From an uncultured Vampirovibrio sp. (GTDB lineage: Bacteria; Cyanobacteriota; Vampirovibrionia; Gastranaerophilales; Gastranaerophilaceae): 64,000 nucleotides of DNA. A program made the position numbers and the translations under genes. The stretch spans positions 121,973 to 185,972 of the forward strand of contig CAJTPW010000003.1 in NCBI GenBank assembly GCA_910578465.1, in the 5' to 3' direction. This document shows positions 1-9,301 of this stretch, piece after piece. Within the stretch, counting starts at the first letter, position 1, and the number at the start of each line of letters is the position of its first letter. A model generated the notes under the pieces. It had not been told where the DNA came from. It was given only the letters and a program-made list of their open reading frames with translations, and did not search any database.

Positions 1-1026
1 TTAGGGATAAGTTTCAAAAATTTGCTCTATAAAACAGGGTTTTTAAAAGAAGCCTCAATCAAGGCGGGGGTTATTTGTATCGGAAATCTGACGACGGGTG
101 GAGTAGGCAAAACCCCTGTTACGATTGAATTTTGTAAATATTTATCAAAAAAATATAAAGTTTCATCCCTTAGCCGCGGATATGGCGGGAAATTAAAAGG
201 GGCAAATATAATCAGGGATTTTGATAATATTTTAATTGATGATGTTGAACTTATCGGGGATGAAGTAAAACTGATTGCAAATTCTTCCTGTGAAAGCGAA
301 AACTTCGCCGTTGTAACATCATCTAATCGTGTTGCAGGCGCAAAAAAAGTGATAGAAGAGCTTGGCGCAGAAGTTATTGTTATGGATGACGGTTTTTCAA
401 ACAGAAAAATCGCAAAAACCCTTTCTTTGTTGCTTTTTGATGTAAGTAAATTTGTCGGAAACGGAGGTGTACTTCCTTTCGGGCCTTTAAGAGAGCCTTT
501 GTGCGAGCTCAACCGTGCAGATGGAGTAATTATAATTGATAAAGAAAACAGCAGTGAAGCAGAATTTGAAAATTTGAAAGAAATATTAAGGGTTCAATAC
601 GGATTTAAGGGGAAAATTTTTGAGGCAAGTATGGCACCTGATTATTTCTATAACATTAAAACCCTTGAGAAAATTGATAAGGCAAAAACTGCTTGTTCGT
701 TTGCATTCTGTGGCATAGGGCAGCCTGAAAGCTTTTATAAATATTTATCAAAGGAGCTTGCAGGTTTTACCCCCTCTTTTGTGATGAGTTTTGATGATCA
801 TCACGCCTATACAAAGGCAGACATCGAAAATATAAATTCCGCTGCAAAAAAGATTGGTGCAGATTGTCTTTTAACAACGGAAAAAGATGCGGCAAAAATA
901 TCGGAGCTTATTGAAGATAATCAAATGCCCGTTGTTGCACTAAAGCTTCGTGTGGATATTGATGTTGAAAAAATTTTAGACGAGCTTGGTTTTGAATGTA
1001 AGATGGCTGTAGGGAGCGAAGAATGA
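1..1026 (+). CDS. lpxK: tetraacyldisaccharide 4'-kinase, 5'-partial (frame is open to the window edge)
   Basis: P-loop VICIGNLTTGGVGKTP typical of LpxK. About 335 aa. The frame upstream of the TTG at 22 stays open to nt 1 (LGISFKN...), so the true start lies outside the window. Confidence 0.85.
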   Translation, partial: LGISFKNLLYKTGFLKEASIKAGVICIGNLTTGGVGKTPVTIEFCKYLSKKYKVSSLSRGYGGKLKGANIIRDFDNILIDDVELIGDEVKLIANSSCESENFAVVTSSNRVAGAKKVIEELGAEVIVMDDGFSNRKIAKTLSLLLFDVSKFVGNGGVLPFGPLREPLCELNRADGVIIIDKENSSEAEFENLKEILRVQYGFKGKIFEASMAPDYFYNIKTLEKIDKAKTACSFAFCGIGQPESFYKYLSKELAGFTPSFVMSFDDHHAYTKADIENINSAAKKIGADCLLTTEKDAAKISELIEDNQMPVVALKLRVDIDVEKILDELGFECKMAVGSEE

Positions 1027-1922
1027 AACTTAGCGAACTTTATACAAAAAATTTAAACAGTGCAGATAAAAAACCCGTAATTTCAATTGAAATTTTTCCG
1101 CCAAAAGCTGTTGATGATAATGAATTTTCTCTTAAAAAGGAGCAGCTTTTTTGTGAACTTGCCGCTTTGAATAAAATTTTAAAGCCGAGTCTTGTTTCGA
1201 TTACATACGGCGCCGCAGGTTCAAACAGCGAAAAATCCGATGAAATTATAAGAAATATGCTGGAAAAGTTTGACTATAGCGCTATTATGCCGCATTTTAC
1301 CTGTGTATGCTCCAAAAAAAGATTTATTGAAGAATATTTAAACGCGCTTAAAACATACGGTATTGAAAATATTCTTGCCCTGAAAGGAGATGAGCCTGAA
1401 GACATCAAGGTTTGCTATCGTGATTTTCACTACGCTTCAGACCTTGTTGAATTCATAAAGTCAAAGACGGATTTTGAAATTGCCGTAGCAGGATATCCTG
1501 AAGGCCACATCGCAGCAAACAGTATTGAAGAAGATATTAAGCACCTTAAAAACAAGGTCCAAAAGGGCGGAAGCGTTATCTTTACCCAGTTTTTCTTTGA
1601 AAATGACAAATTTTACCGCTATCTTGAACTTTTGGAGAAAAATGGGGTGAAAACTCCTGTCGTTGCGGGGCTTTTACCTGTTATAAGCTATCAGGGCTTT
1701 TTAAAGATGATAAAATTATCCGGAATTAAGCCTTCAAGTAAAGTTTTGAACCTCTTTGAAAAATATCAAGATTCTAAGGAAGATACAATAAAAGCAGGAA
1801 TTGAACAGGCAAGTATTCAAGCCGATGACCTCATTCGAAACGGTGTATCGGGCCTTCATTTTTATACTTTAAACAAAGCCCGCTCCACGGCCGAAGTTTT
1901 AAAAAATATTTGCCTTTGCTAG
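1023..1922 (+). CDS. metF: 5,10-methylenetetrahydrofolate reductase
   Basis: SIEIFPPK and ITYGAAGS motifs typical of MetF. 299 aa. The ATG overlaps the lpxK TGA (ATGA at 1023-1026). Confidence 0.85.
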   Translation: MKLSELYTKNLNSADKKPVISIEIFPPKAVDDNEFSLKKEQLFCELAALNKILKPSLVSITYGAAGSNSEKSDEIIRNMLEKFDYSAIMPHFTCVCSKKRFIEEYLNALKTYGIENILALKGDEPEDIKVCYRDFHYASDLVEFIKSKTDFEIAVAGYPEGHIAANSIEEDIKHLKNKVQKGGSVIFTQFFFENDKFYRYLELLEKNGVKTPVVAGLLPVISYQGFLKMIKLSGIKPSSKVLNLFEKYQDSKEDTIKAGIEQASIQADDLIRNGVSGLHFYTLNKARSTAEVLKNICLC

Positions 1923-2018
1923 GGCTTTTTGCAGGCGGTTTTTAAGACAATTTTATTTCCTTTTTTGTTTTTATAATTATATAAATACATAACCGCAATT
2001 TTTCATATAAAGTTTTAG

Positions 2019-3110
2019 ATGATGAATTTTTATACAAATTTTAATATTCCGCAAATTTACGGCACCGTTACAGGCAGAGCAAGTCAAACGGCCAATTCTG
2101 CCGTGCAGCAAAACACGACACCTTTGATAAATATCGGTCCTTCAAAAGATGTTTTTCAAAGGGGCACAACGCCTGTACAAGTGCAAAACGCCCCGCAGAT
2201 ACAGCAAATCGCCCCTATTTCAAATGTTTGGGATAATAAAAGAATTCAGGCTATATACGATAAAACTTATGAAACCGTTATGGCGCAAAACCCGATAACG
2301 CGCGAATTAAATATCGAAAAGCCTGCACTCAATTTCAATGCGGATAAAGATGAGAAAGAAAGTACAATTGCAACCTACAGAGGCGGGTATAACGATATTA
2401 TCATACAGGCGGGAGAGTTTTTTGCAGGCGATCTTTATCTTTGCAAAATGACCGATAATAGCGGTGAACTTGTTAATGTGCAGGTTTTTGAACAAGAACG
2501 CGCGGATGAATATATAAAAAAGCACCCCGAATTTAAAATGACCCGCGAAAAATTAACGGATAGCGAAAAAGAGCTCTTTATTTCATCAATAGTTGCACAT
2601 GAATTGAGGCACTGCATTCAGAGTCATTTGGTTTTATCAACGGAAGATTGTGCGGATAAATACAAGGCGAAATTTGCGGATTTAAAAGAAACGATTGAAA
2701 CTTTAATCAGCATGGAAAAAGATCTTGCGGCGCTTAGAGGCGAAGCTTATGTGCCGTCAGAAAATGATAAAGACCTGGAAAAACTGAACTATGGGCTGAA
2801 TTATAGGCCCAAAAAGGTTTTTGATAAAAATACCGCATTTAAGTATTCAATTGTGCCATCAGACAACAGATACTGGCATATTAAAGACCATTTTTATACG
2901 GTAAGCGGCAGCAAAAAGACAGAAGGCAGCAAAGAAAGCTATTATACCGACCCGCTTGAAATTGATGCGTACAACTACGAACGGGAATTTGTGGTAACAG
3001 AATCAAAAAAATATCCAAACGGCACTCTAAGAAAAGAAATCGTAGACGGATTGTTTCTTTCTGCTTCTTTAAATGTGTTTGACGATAACGTTCTCTTTAT
3101 AAGAAAATAG
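2019..3110 (+). CDS. hypothetical protein with HExxH motif (putative zinc-dependent hydrolase), Q/N/P-rich N-terminus, no Sec signal
   Basis: AHELRHCIQSH motif followed by the downstream acidic segment DPLEIDAYNYE. The N-terminus MMNFYTNFNIPQIYG resembles those of the repeat-protein family in this window. No family recognised. Confidence 0.5.
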   Translation: MMNFYTNFNIPQIYGTVTGRASQTANSAVQQNTTPLINIGPSKDVFQRGTTPVQVQNAPQIQQIAPISNVWDNKRIQAIYDKTYETVMAQNPITRELNIEKPALNFNADKDEKESTIATYRGGYNDIIIQAGEFFAGDLYLCKMTDNSGELVNVQVFEQERADEYIKKHPEFKMTREKLTDSEKELFISSIVAHELRHCIQSHLVLSTEDCADKYKAKFADLKETIETLISMEKDLAALRGEAYVPSENDKDLEKLNYGLNYRPKKVFDKNTAFKYSIVPSDNRYWHIKDHFYTVSGSKKTEGSKESYYTDPLEIDAYNYEREFVVTESKKYPNGTLRKEIVDGLFLSASLNVFDDNVLFIRK

Positions 3111-3155
3111 CAGCTGCATTCAAAAACGTGTTGAAATTGCACAAAAGTTTTTTTG

Positions 3156-4061
3156 TTAATAAATCTCAACTTCAATAATGCCTTCGGTGCAAAAGATTTT
3201 AAAAACCTTATCTGAGGTTTTTTCCGCAATTGTACCGCAGCAGCCCTTTTTAAGTTCAGTTTCGGAGATTTTTGCATTTTTAACCTTGTAAATGGTTCCG
3301 CCAATGTTGCAAAAACAATTCGCCCACGGCTTTAAGGCGCGAATCCTGTCATAAACTCGTTTTGCGCTTTCATTAAAATCTATAAAATTTATACCCTGAA
3401 ACGGATATTTGTCATAGTTTGCTTCATTTTCATCCTGCGCCAGAGGAATGATTTTGTTGTTTTCTATATCATAAAGAAGCTCGGGCACCATTAAGCCTGC
3501 GATGTTTGCAGCTCTGTCTCTTAAATCTCCGCCTGTCATATCGGGGTCAATTTTAAAGGCCGCCTGCATTAAAATTTTCCCTGTATCTATGTTTTCATCC
3601 ATCAAATGAAAGGTTACACCCGTTTTATTGTCGCCTGAATAAATTGCCCAGAAATAAGGGTTTGCGCCTCTGTGCTTTGGTAAAAGCGAAGGGTGGCAGT
3701 TTACAACTCCAAACTTTGGCAGGGCAAGAATTTCAGGGTTGAATTTTTCAGACCAGCTTCCAACGAGAATAATATCGGGCGAGAGCTTTTTTATTTCATC
3801 CGTAAATTCTTTTGAATTAACGGAAGGTGCTTTGATATCATAGATTTTATGGCTTTTTAAAAAAGAATAATCCGTACTCGGGGCGAAAATATCCTTAAAA
3901 AACAGGGTAAAATTTGAATATTTTACCCTGTCAACTCTTAGGGCGCCGACAATTTCGTGCCCTTTACTTTGATTTTCGCTGCCTTTATTACCCGTTATGG
4001 TTTTTGCGCCTGATACAAGCGCCGCAAGCATTTTGCCATATCCGACAATAACGATACGCAT
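3156..4061 (-). CDS. formyltransferase family protein (methionyl-tRNA formyltransferase-like)
   Basis: N-terminus MRIVIVGYGK, catalytic-type HPSLLPKHRGANP motif, and a C-terminal Fmt-like domain. Start moved to the ATG at 4061 because the longer ORF (to 4136) overlaps the nusA 3' end. Confidence 0.7.
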   Translation of the reverse strand: MRIVIVGYGKMLAALVSGAKTITGNKGSENQSKGHEIVGALRVDRVKYSNFTLFFKDIFAPSTDYSFLKSHKIYDIKAPSVNSKEFTDEIKKLSPDIILVGSWSEKFNPEILALPKFGVVNCHPSLLPKHRGANPYFWAIYSGDNKTGVTFHLMDENIDTGKILMQAAFKIDPDMTGGDLRDRAANIAGLMVPELLYDIENNKIIPLAQDENEANYDKYPFQGINFIDFNESAKRVYDRIRALKPWANCFCNIGGTIYKVKNAKISETELKKGCCGTIAEKTSDKVFKIFCTEGIIEVEIY

Positions 4062-4065
4062 TTTA

Positions 4066-5259
4066 TTATTCTTCTGTATTTTCTGCTGTTTCAGCTTCGG
4101 ATGTCGTTTCTTCAACAGTGTTTTCAACAGCTTCAACGGTTTCTTCGGCCGCTTCGTCTATAGCTTCAACAGTTTCTTTTTGAGCTTGTTTTTCTATCTG
4201 TGCTGCCTGAGATTCGCTCTTAATATCTATCTTCCAGCCTGTCAGCCTGTGTGCAAGGCGTACGTTCTGTCCTTCACGGCCGATTGCAAGAGAAAGCTGA
4301 TCATCAGGAACTATAACAAAAGCTTCTTTTCTTGTTTCTTCATCCGCTAAAATATCAACAGAGATAATTCTTGCGGGTGAAAGCGCGTTTACGATGTATT
4401 CTACAGGATCAGTGCTATATCTTACGATATCGATTTTTTCATTTTTTAATTCGCCGACAATTGTCTGAATTCTTGAGCCCCTCGGTCCTATGCAGGCGCC
4501 AACGGAATCAACCGACGGGTCGTTTGACCATACGGCAAGTTTTGTCCTGAATCCTGCTTCACGTGCAATAGATTTAATTTCAACAATGCCGTCTTCGATT
4601 TCGGGAACTTCAAGTTCAAAAAGCTCGCGAACAATTTCACTGTGCGCTTGAGAAACTATTACCTGCGGGAGCCTTGTTGTTTCTTTAACATTCAACACAA
4701 AAACTCTTATTCTGTTTCCGGGCTTGTAATATTCACCCGGGATTTGTTCGCGCGTGGGCATAACGGCATCGGTTTTTCCGATGTTTACAATAACGTTGTT
4801 GCGTTCGTCTTTTCTTTGAACGATACCTGTAATCAAAGTACCTTTTTTAGAAAGGAACTCATCCAGAACCATTTTACGTTCGGCTTCTCTTATCCTTTGT
4901 GTGATTACCTGTTTTGCGCTCTGCGCTGCGATACGGCCGAAGTTTTCGGGAGTAACTTCGATTTTTACTTCATCGTCGATTTCAACTTCATCGTCGATTT
5001 CCTTGGCGTCTTCTAAAGAAATTTGCGTATCGGGGTTTTCAACTTCATTTACAACAAGTTTTGTTCTAAATACGCCGATTTCGCCTGCAGTTTCGTCTAA
5101 AATAGCTTCAACGTTTTCTGCGTCTTTATCTTTAATATGTTTTTTATATCCTGCAACCAAAGCATCACAAAGGGAAGATACCAAAACATCTTTTGAAATT
5201 CCTTTTTCTCTTTCAAGTTGTTCTGCTGCTTCAAACAGGGCAGTTCCAATCTTAATCAT
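4066..5259 (-). CDS. nusA: transcription termination/antitermination factor NusA
   Basis: N-terminal domain, S1 and two KH regions recognisable (GACIGPRGSRIQ, LAIGREGQNVRLA). Acidic C-terminal tail. Directly follows rimP. Confidence 0.95.
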   Translation of the reverse strand: MIKIGTALFEAAEQLEREKGISKDVLVSSLCDALVAGYKKHIKDKDAENVEAILDETAGEIGVFRTKLVVNEVENPDTQISLEDAKEIDDEVEIDDEVKIEVTPENFGRIAAQSAKQVITQRIREAERKMVLDEFLSKKGTLITGIVQRKDERNNVIVNIGKTDAVMPTREQIPGEYYKPGNRIRVFVLNVKETTRLPQVIVSQAHSEIVRELFELEVPEIEDGIVEIKSIAREAGFRTKLAVWSNDPSVDSVGACIGPRGSRIQTIVGELKNEKIDIVRYSTDPVEYIVNALSPARIISVDILADEETRKEAFVIVPDDQLSLAIGREGQNVRLAHRLTGWKIDIKSESQAAQIEKQAQKETVEAIDEAAEETVEAVENTVEETTSEAETAENTEE

Positions 5260-5313
5260 ATTATTCTCCTTTATTCAATTGTAAATTTTATTGTTTTTGC
5301 CTCATAAATGCCT

Positions 5314-5796
5314 TTATGGCATATCATTCAGACGTACGGAAAAAATGTTATCCGTATTTATTGTATATTCTTTTTGTGTATCTTCCGTTATTATCTTTAA
5401 ACCTGGTCCTTCATTAAAATCCAAAAGCTTTGCATTGAATTTTTTCGGGTATCCTGCATCTATGGGTTCTTTTACCTTGATTACAACATCGTGTCCTTTG
5501 AATATTACATATTCTTTTGTTGATTTAAGACGCCTGTCAAGCCCAGGGGAAGACACCTCAAGGTAATATTTAAACGGAATGAGTTCATCCAGCAAATCTC
5601 CAAGTCCGCGTGTTATATGTTCGCAATCGCTATGATTTACGGGGTGATCGGATGAATAGATGAAAATCCTCAAAAACCAGTGTCCGGATTCTTTTTCAAA
5701 AGAAACCTCAAGCGGGATTAAATTATACCGCATTGCCGTATTTTCAATGACGGGCATAATTTTTTCCAAAACTTGTTTTTTGTTAAATTGTGTCAT
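5314..5796 (-). CDS. rimP: ribosome maturation factor RimP
   Basis: EVSSPGLDRRL motif. 160 aa. Conserved position upstream of nusA. Confidence 0.9.
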   Translation of the reverse strand: MTQFNKKQVLEKIMPVIENTAMRYNLIPLEVSFEKESGHWFLRIFIYSSDHPVNHSDCEHITRGLGDLLDELIPFKYYLEVSSPGLDRRLKSTKEYVIFKGHDVVIKVKEPIDAGYPKKFNAKLLDFNEGPGLKIITEDTQKEYTINTDNIFSVRLNDMP

Positions 5797-5816
5797 CTTT
5801 GTCTTGTTTACCTCTT

Positions 5817-5850
5817 AAAAAAGAGCGGGTTTTAAGGCCGCTCTTTTAAA
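5817..5850 (-). promoter_or_regulatory. terminator-like hairpin in the rimP-nusA leader (candidate attenuator)
   Basis: Minus strand reads AAAAGAGCGG-CCTTAAAAC-CCGCTCTTTTTT, 20-50 nt upstream of the rimP ATG. No upstream same-strand gene exists for it to terminate. Confidence 0.45.
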
Positions 5851-5977
5851 TAAAAGTGCAAATTGTTCTTATGCTTTGCTCTCCTTTAATATTTAGAGCA
5901 AGAACATAGAATAAGTATACCATAAAAGTATAAAATTTGTCATTTAATAAACAAATGTGATATTATTAAATTCCTTT

Positions 5978-7075
5978 ATGGAAAAGATATTGTTCAAAAT
6001 TTTAATACTGTTTCTTTGGGCGGGCCTTTTTGCAATGCCGTCTTTTGCAATTGAAGAAACGATTACCCTTGATGAGAGCACGGATTTTAAAAAAGAAACG
6101 AACTTTGAGTTTGCATTTGACAAGCCAAAGAAGATTTTATTTGCAAATGCTGTAATAAACGAATTTTCACCAGTTTTAAATTTTCAAGGTACATATAGCG
6201 CGGACATTCAAGAAGACGGTTCGAATTTTACCTATCCCTTTATAATCGAAGGCGGGGGCGAGGTAAGATTTAACGACGGGAAAAGCAGTTTCAGGGCGGT
6301 TTCAAACTTTACAAGAAATGTTGATAAGCTTGATAATAAATTTTTGGGGAAATTGTCTGATGTTTATTATGAACGTGAAATGGCCCCGCACCACAAGGTT
6401 TTAATCGGAAATTCCAGAATTCCTATCGGAATAGAAGGCGGCAAAAGCCAGTACGGGCTAATGTTTGCAAAAAGGGCACAGATAGCGGACCGTTTTGGAA
6501 ATGCAAGAGCATTGGGTGCAAGATTTAGAGGAGACTTTGGACACATAGATTACGATTTGGGAGGGTATTCAAGCACAAGGAGTCTTCAGGATGTAACAGA
6601 CGGGGCCGAGTTTTCGGGCATGATAAACTATAAGCCTTTTTATGACAGCGAAGCTTCGATTTTGAAAGATTTTAAAACAAGCCTCTGGGTGAACACAGGC
6701 GTTAGAGGAAGCGGATATACGGTGTCAGGGCTTGGCGCGGAATGGAGATATGATAAGTTTTTGCTAAATGCCGAATATGCTTATGCGGACGGTTCAAATG
6801 CTTCAAAATACAGACGGGATAAGAGCGAAGGGTTTTATACAACTGTTGCATATAATATTACGGATAAAGTTCAGGCGGCTTTTCGATATGATGTTTTGGA
6901 TTTTAATACCGAAAAATCGAATGATACGGTTCAAAAATATACGGCAGGTCTGAATTATTATATCATAGGTCAAAGATTAAGATTCAGCCTTGATTATACC
7001 TATACTCAAAACGGAAGCGCAATAAAACAATGCGACGGCAGCTCAATTCATTTTATGACACAGGTGATGATATAG
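5978..7075 (+). CDS. outer-membrane porin (OprO/P-like beta-barrel)
   Basis: Signal peptide MEKILFKILILFLWAGLFAMPSFA, then alternating amphipathic strands with aromatic girdle residues (YTAGLNYYIIGQRLRFSLDYTY). Start set to the ATG at 5978. Confidence 0.6.
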   Translation: MEKILFKILILFLWAGLFAMPSFAIEETITLDESTDFKKETNFEFAFDKPKKILFANAVINEFSPVLNFQGTYSADIQEDGSNFTYPFIIEGGGEVRFNDGKSSFRAVSNFTRNVDKLDNKFLGKLSDVYYEREMAPHHKVLIGNSRIPIGIEGGKSQYGLMFAKRAQIADRFGNARALGARFRGDFGHIDYDLGGYSSTRSLQDVTDGAEFSGMINYKPFYDSEASILKDFKTSLWVNTGVRGSGYTVSGLGAEWRYDKFLLNAEYAYADGSNASKYRRDKSEGFYTTVAYNITDKVQAAFRYDVLDFNTEKSNDTVQKYTAGLNYYIIGQRLRFSLDYTYTQNGSAIKQCDGSSIHFMTQVMI

Positions 7076-7128
7076 TCTTTGTTATAAGGCTGTATGCGTA
7101 TATGTACGGGCTGCACAAGTATTTTCGG

Positions 7129-8034
7129 CTACATTGTAAGCATTTCCATAATTAAATCGGGGAATTCTTCTACGATAAGTTCCGCAAAAATCTGGGGGTC
7201 AATTTGTGTTGCAACAACCTGAATTAAATCAGGCGGCAGCTGTTCTATCATAGGTACCAAAAATTCGGGGTCAAGGACAGGCATGGTCTTCATTATCTTT
7301 TCTTTGTCCATAAGCATAAAGGGTTTTGAAATGTCTTCATTTTCAAATTCGAGGATGTAATCAGGGTTGATTTCCACAAGCCCTGCTATAAGCTGCATTT
7401 TGTCTTTGCGCTCAAACTTTGTTAAAAACTGAATAAATTTATCGGGGCTCATAGAATCAATCATAGTAAGGTAATGGTCCTTGCCTTTACCTTCCATTGA
7501 TGAGCCGAACTGCTGCATCATAATGCGCTCGAATTGTTTTACATCGAGCTGTTCAAAATATTTCATGACATCTTTCTTTTCAAGGTTTTCACTCTTTAAG
7601 AAATTGTCCATCTTGTCTTCATCCATCAGGTTTAAAATGTCCATCATCCCGAAGTGTTGAAAAACAAGGGTTGCCACCTGTTCTTTCGGCAGGTGGTTAA
7701 TCAGGGTTTCAAGCTTTTCCGAGGTAAAATATTGAAGGCCCCATGCAAGCTGTTCGGAGCTTAAATAGGGTAAAATTTTTGCTAAATCTTCCGCATTAAG
7801 GTTTTTAATTATTAAATATCTGTTTTTCGGTTTTTGAAGCTGGAGAATTTTTGCAACCTTTGAAGGGTGGTTCATAAGGGCGCGCAATTCTTCTCTATCA
7901 AGCGTAACAGCGCCCGCCATCGTTTCTATGGTTATCATTTTCTCAGGGTCTTCAGCGGAATACTGATTTATCCTCTGAGTGGATAACTCATAGTATCTTG
8001 AAAGGTATGATAAATCTACGTTTAACTCTATCAC
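7129..8034 (-). CDS. hypothetical all-helical repeat protein (weak MgtE-N/FliG-like character)
   Basis: 301-aa uninterrupted ORF with repeated leucine-rich helical segments (LNAEDLAKILPYLSSEQLAWGL...). Family assignment not secure. Confidence 0.4.
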   Translation of the reverse strand: MIELNVDLSYLSRYYELSTQRINQYSAEDPEKMITIETMAGAVTLDREELRALMNHPSKVAKILQLQKPKNRYLIIKNLNAEDLAKILPYLSSEQLAWGLQYFTSEKLETLINHLPKEQVATLVFQHFGMMDILNLMDEDKMDNFLKSENLEKKDVMKYFEQLDVKQFERIMMQQFGSSMEGKGKDHYLTMIDSMSPDKFIQFLTKFERKDKMQLIAGLVEINPDYILEFENEDISKPFMLMDKEKIMKTMPVLDPEFLVPMIEQLPPDLIQVVATQIDPQIFAELIVEEFPDLIMEMLTM

Positions 8035-8154
8035 TTTTTAATTTGTACCCTCGAAAATTGCTTTGAACACACTTGTGCCCTCATAATATAATAAAAAATT
8101 TCATGGGGCTGAAATTTTAAGCATTTTAAAAATTGTTACATTCTTTAATATATA

Positions 8155-9132
8155 CTAAAACATTGTACTTGCGTGCCATTTGCCGTCCGTTAAGGTGAAA
8201 ATTTTCTTGTATTGATAAGAATTAAACGAAAGAGAGTTTGTTTGGAAAAATTCATCTTCACAATATCTGTAGGGTATTGAATTTTCTACATAAAGTCCTT
8301 TTGCAATTGATTTAGCACTGCTTCCGATTGTGGTCTCTTCCTGATAAGAGTATGTTGTTTTCTCCTCGTTTGAAAATTCAATTCGTCTTTTTATGTGCCC
8401 CGGTCTTTCTTTATATTTTTCGGTTATTCCTTCTTCAAAAAACCAAGGTTTTCCAAGAATTAAATAAACAAATTTATCAGTTTCCGGGGCCTTTCCTGTA
8501 ATGCTTTTGTAATTTTCTTTATAAAATGTGCTTATGCCGCTGAATTCAAGGCTTTTTGAAATTTCAATATCTTGTTTTGCACTTCCCTTATTTGGTGTTG
8601 TTATAATTCCCTCTTTATAGGCTGAAAGTTTTCCGTTTTCAAAAACAAAAAGTTTATCTATTTGTGTTTTTTCGCCCGTTCGTTTTTCACCTTTTCTGTA
8701 TGCGGTTAATGTACCGTTTTTAAAAAACATAATGTCTTCGCTGCCGTCATTGTTTTGAACGGCGACTTTTGTCGGGATTTTGCCTTTGTATAAAGCGCTT
8801 GTTTCCTTAGCCTTCTTTTGTGCTTTTCTTGCTTCAAATTGCACTTCAATGCTTGTTCTCTTTATACTTTTGTTTGTCGTTGCAAGGTTTTGAAGCATAT
8901 CTTGTGCGCAAAGATATATCGTTTTTACATCTTTTGGAAGACTTGCAGAGTCAAAATTTGTTGTCGGTTTTGCTGTCGTCGTTTGCGCGGGTGGTTCCGT
9001 GTATCCGTTTTCATTCTGGCGGATATTGAAAGTATCTTCTTTTCCCTTGAAGCTTGCTGCTGCCGAATTATTCGGTCTGAAATAAGGGGCAATTTTGCCC
9101 GCATTACAAGCGTATATTCTTGTTATCATCAA
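8155..9132 (-). CDS. hypothetical repeat protein, soluble member of the Y(K/H)EG-repeat family
   Basis: Repeats FFKNGTLTAYRKGE / VFENGKLSAYKEG. C-terminal LTDGKWHAS matches the FKDGKWVEA end of 23558-24523. N-terminus MMITRIY...SFKG. Confidence 0.55.
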   Translation of the reverse strand: MMITRIYACNAGKIAPYFRPNNSAAASFKGKEDTFNIRQNENGYTEPPAQTTTAKPTTNFDSASLPKDVKTIYLCAQDMLQNLATTNKSIKRTSIEVQFEARKAQKKAKETSALYKGKIPTKVAVQNNDGSEDIMFFKNGTLTAYRKGEKRTGEKTQIDKLFVFENGKLSAYKEGIITTPNKGSAKQDIEISKSLEFSGISTFYKENYKSITGKAPETDKFVYLILGKPWFFEEGITEKYKERPGHIKRRIEFSNEEKTTYSYQEETTIGSSAKSIAKGLYVENSIPYRYCEDEFFQTNSLSFNSYQYKKIFTLTDGKWHASTMF

Positions 9133-9301
9133 TCTCTCTAAAACTCTTAAAAACTTCGGTATTGCTGTTTTCCGCCTGTATTTTTAAAATTTAAAAAACA
9201 AAAGTGCGGTCTTTCATTGTACCGCAAGTTTTTGATATATCAAACGCTTGTAATAAAAATTTACTTAAAAGATTTTCGGTTTTTGTCCCAAAGCCGTAGG
9301 C

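Noticed and set aside
1023-1026. ATGA start/stop overlaps (lpxK/metF at 1023-1026; TPR/dprA at 33503-33506), considered as evidence of functional linkage.
   Set aside because: Four-nucleotide overlaps are common in compact genomes and do not by themselves imply a shared pathway. They are noted only as operon evidence.
4062-4136. N-terminal extensions offered by the ORF track. Cases: 3156-4136, 10908, 13068 (TTG), 15181, 16121, 28430, 33581, 42145, 46673, 54558, 55917.
   Set aside because: The extensions overlap upstream genes or lack an SD. Internal starts have good SD spacing and give N-termini matching the family consensus or a proper signal peptide.
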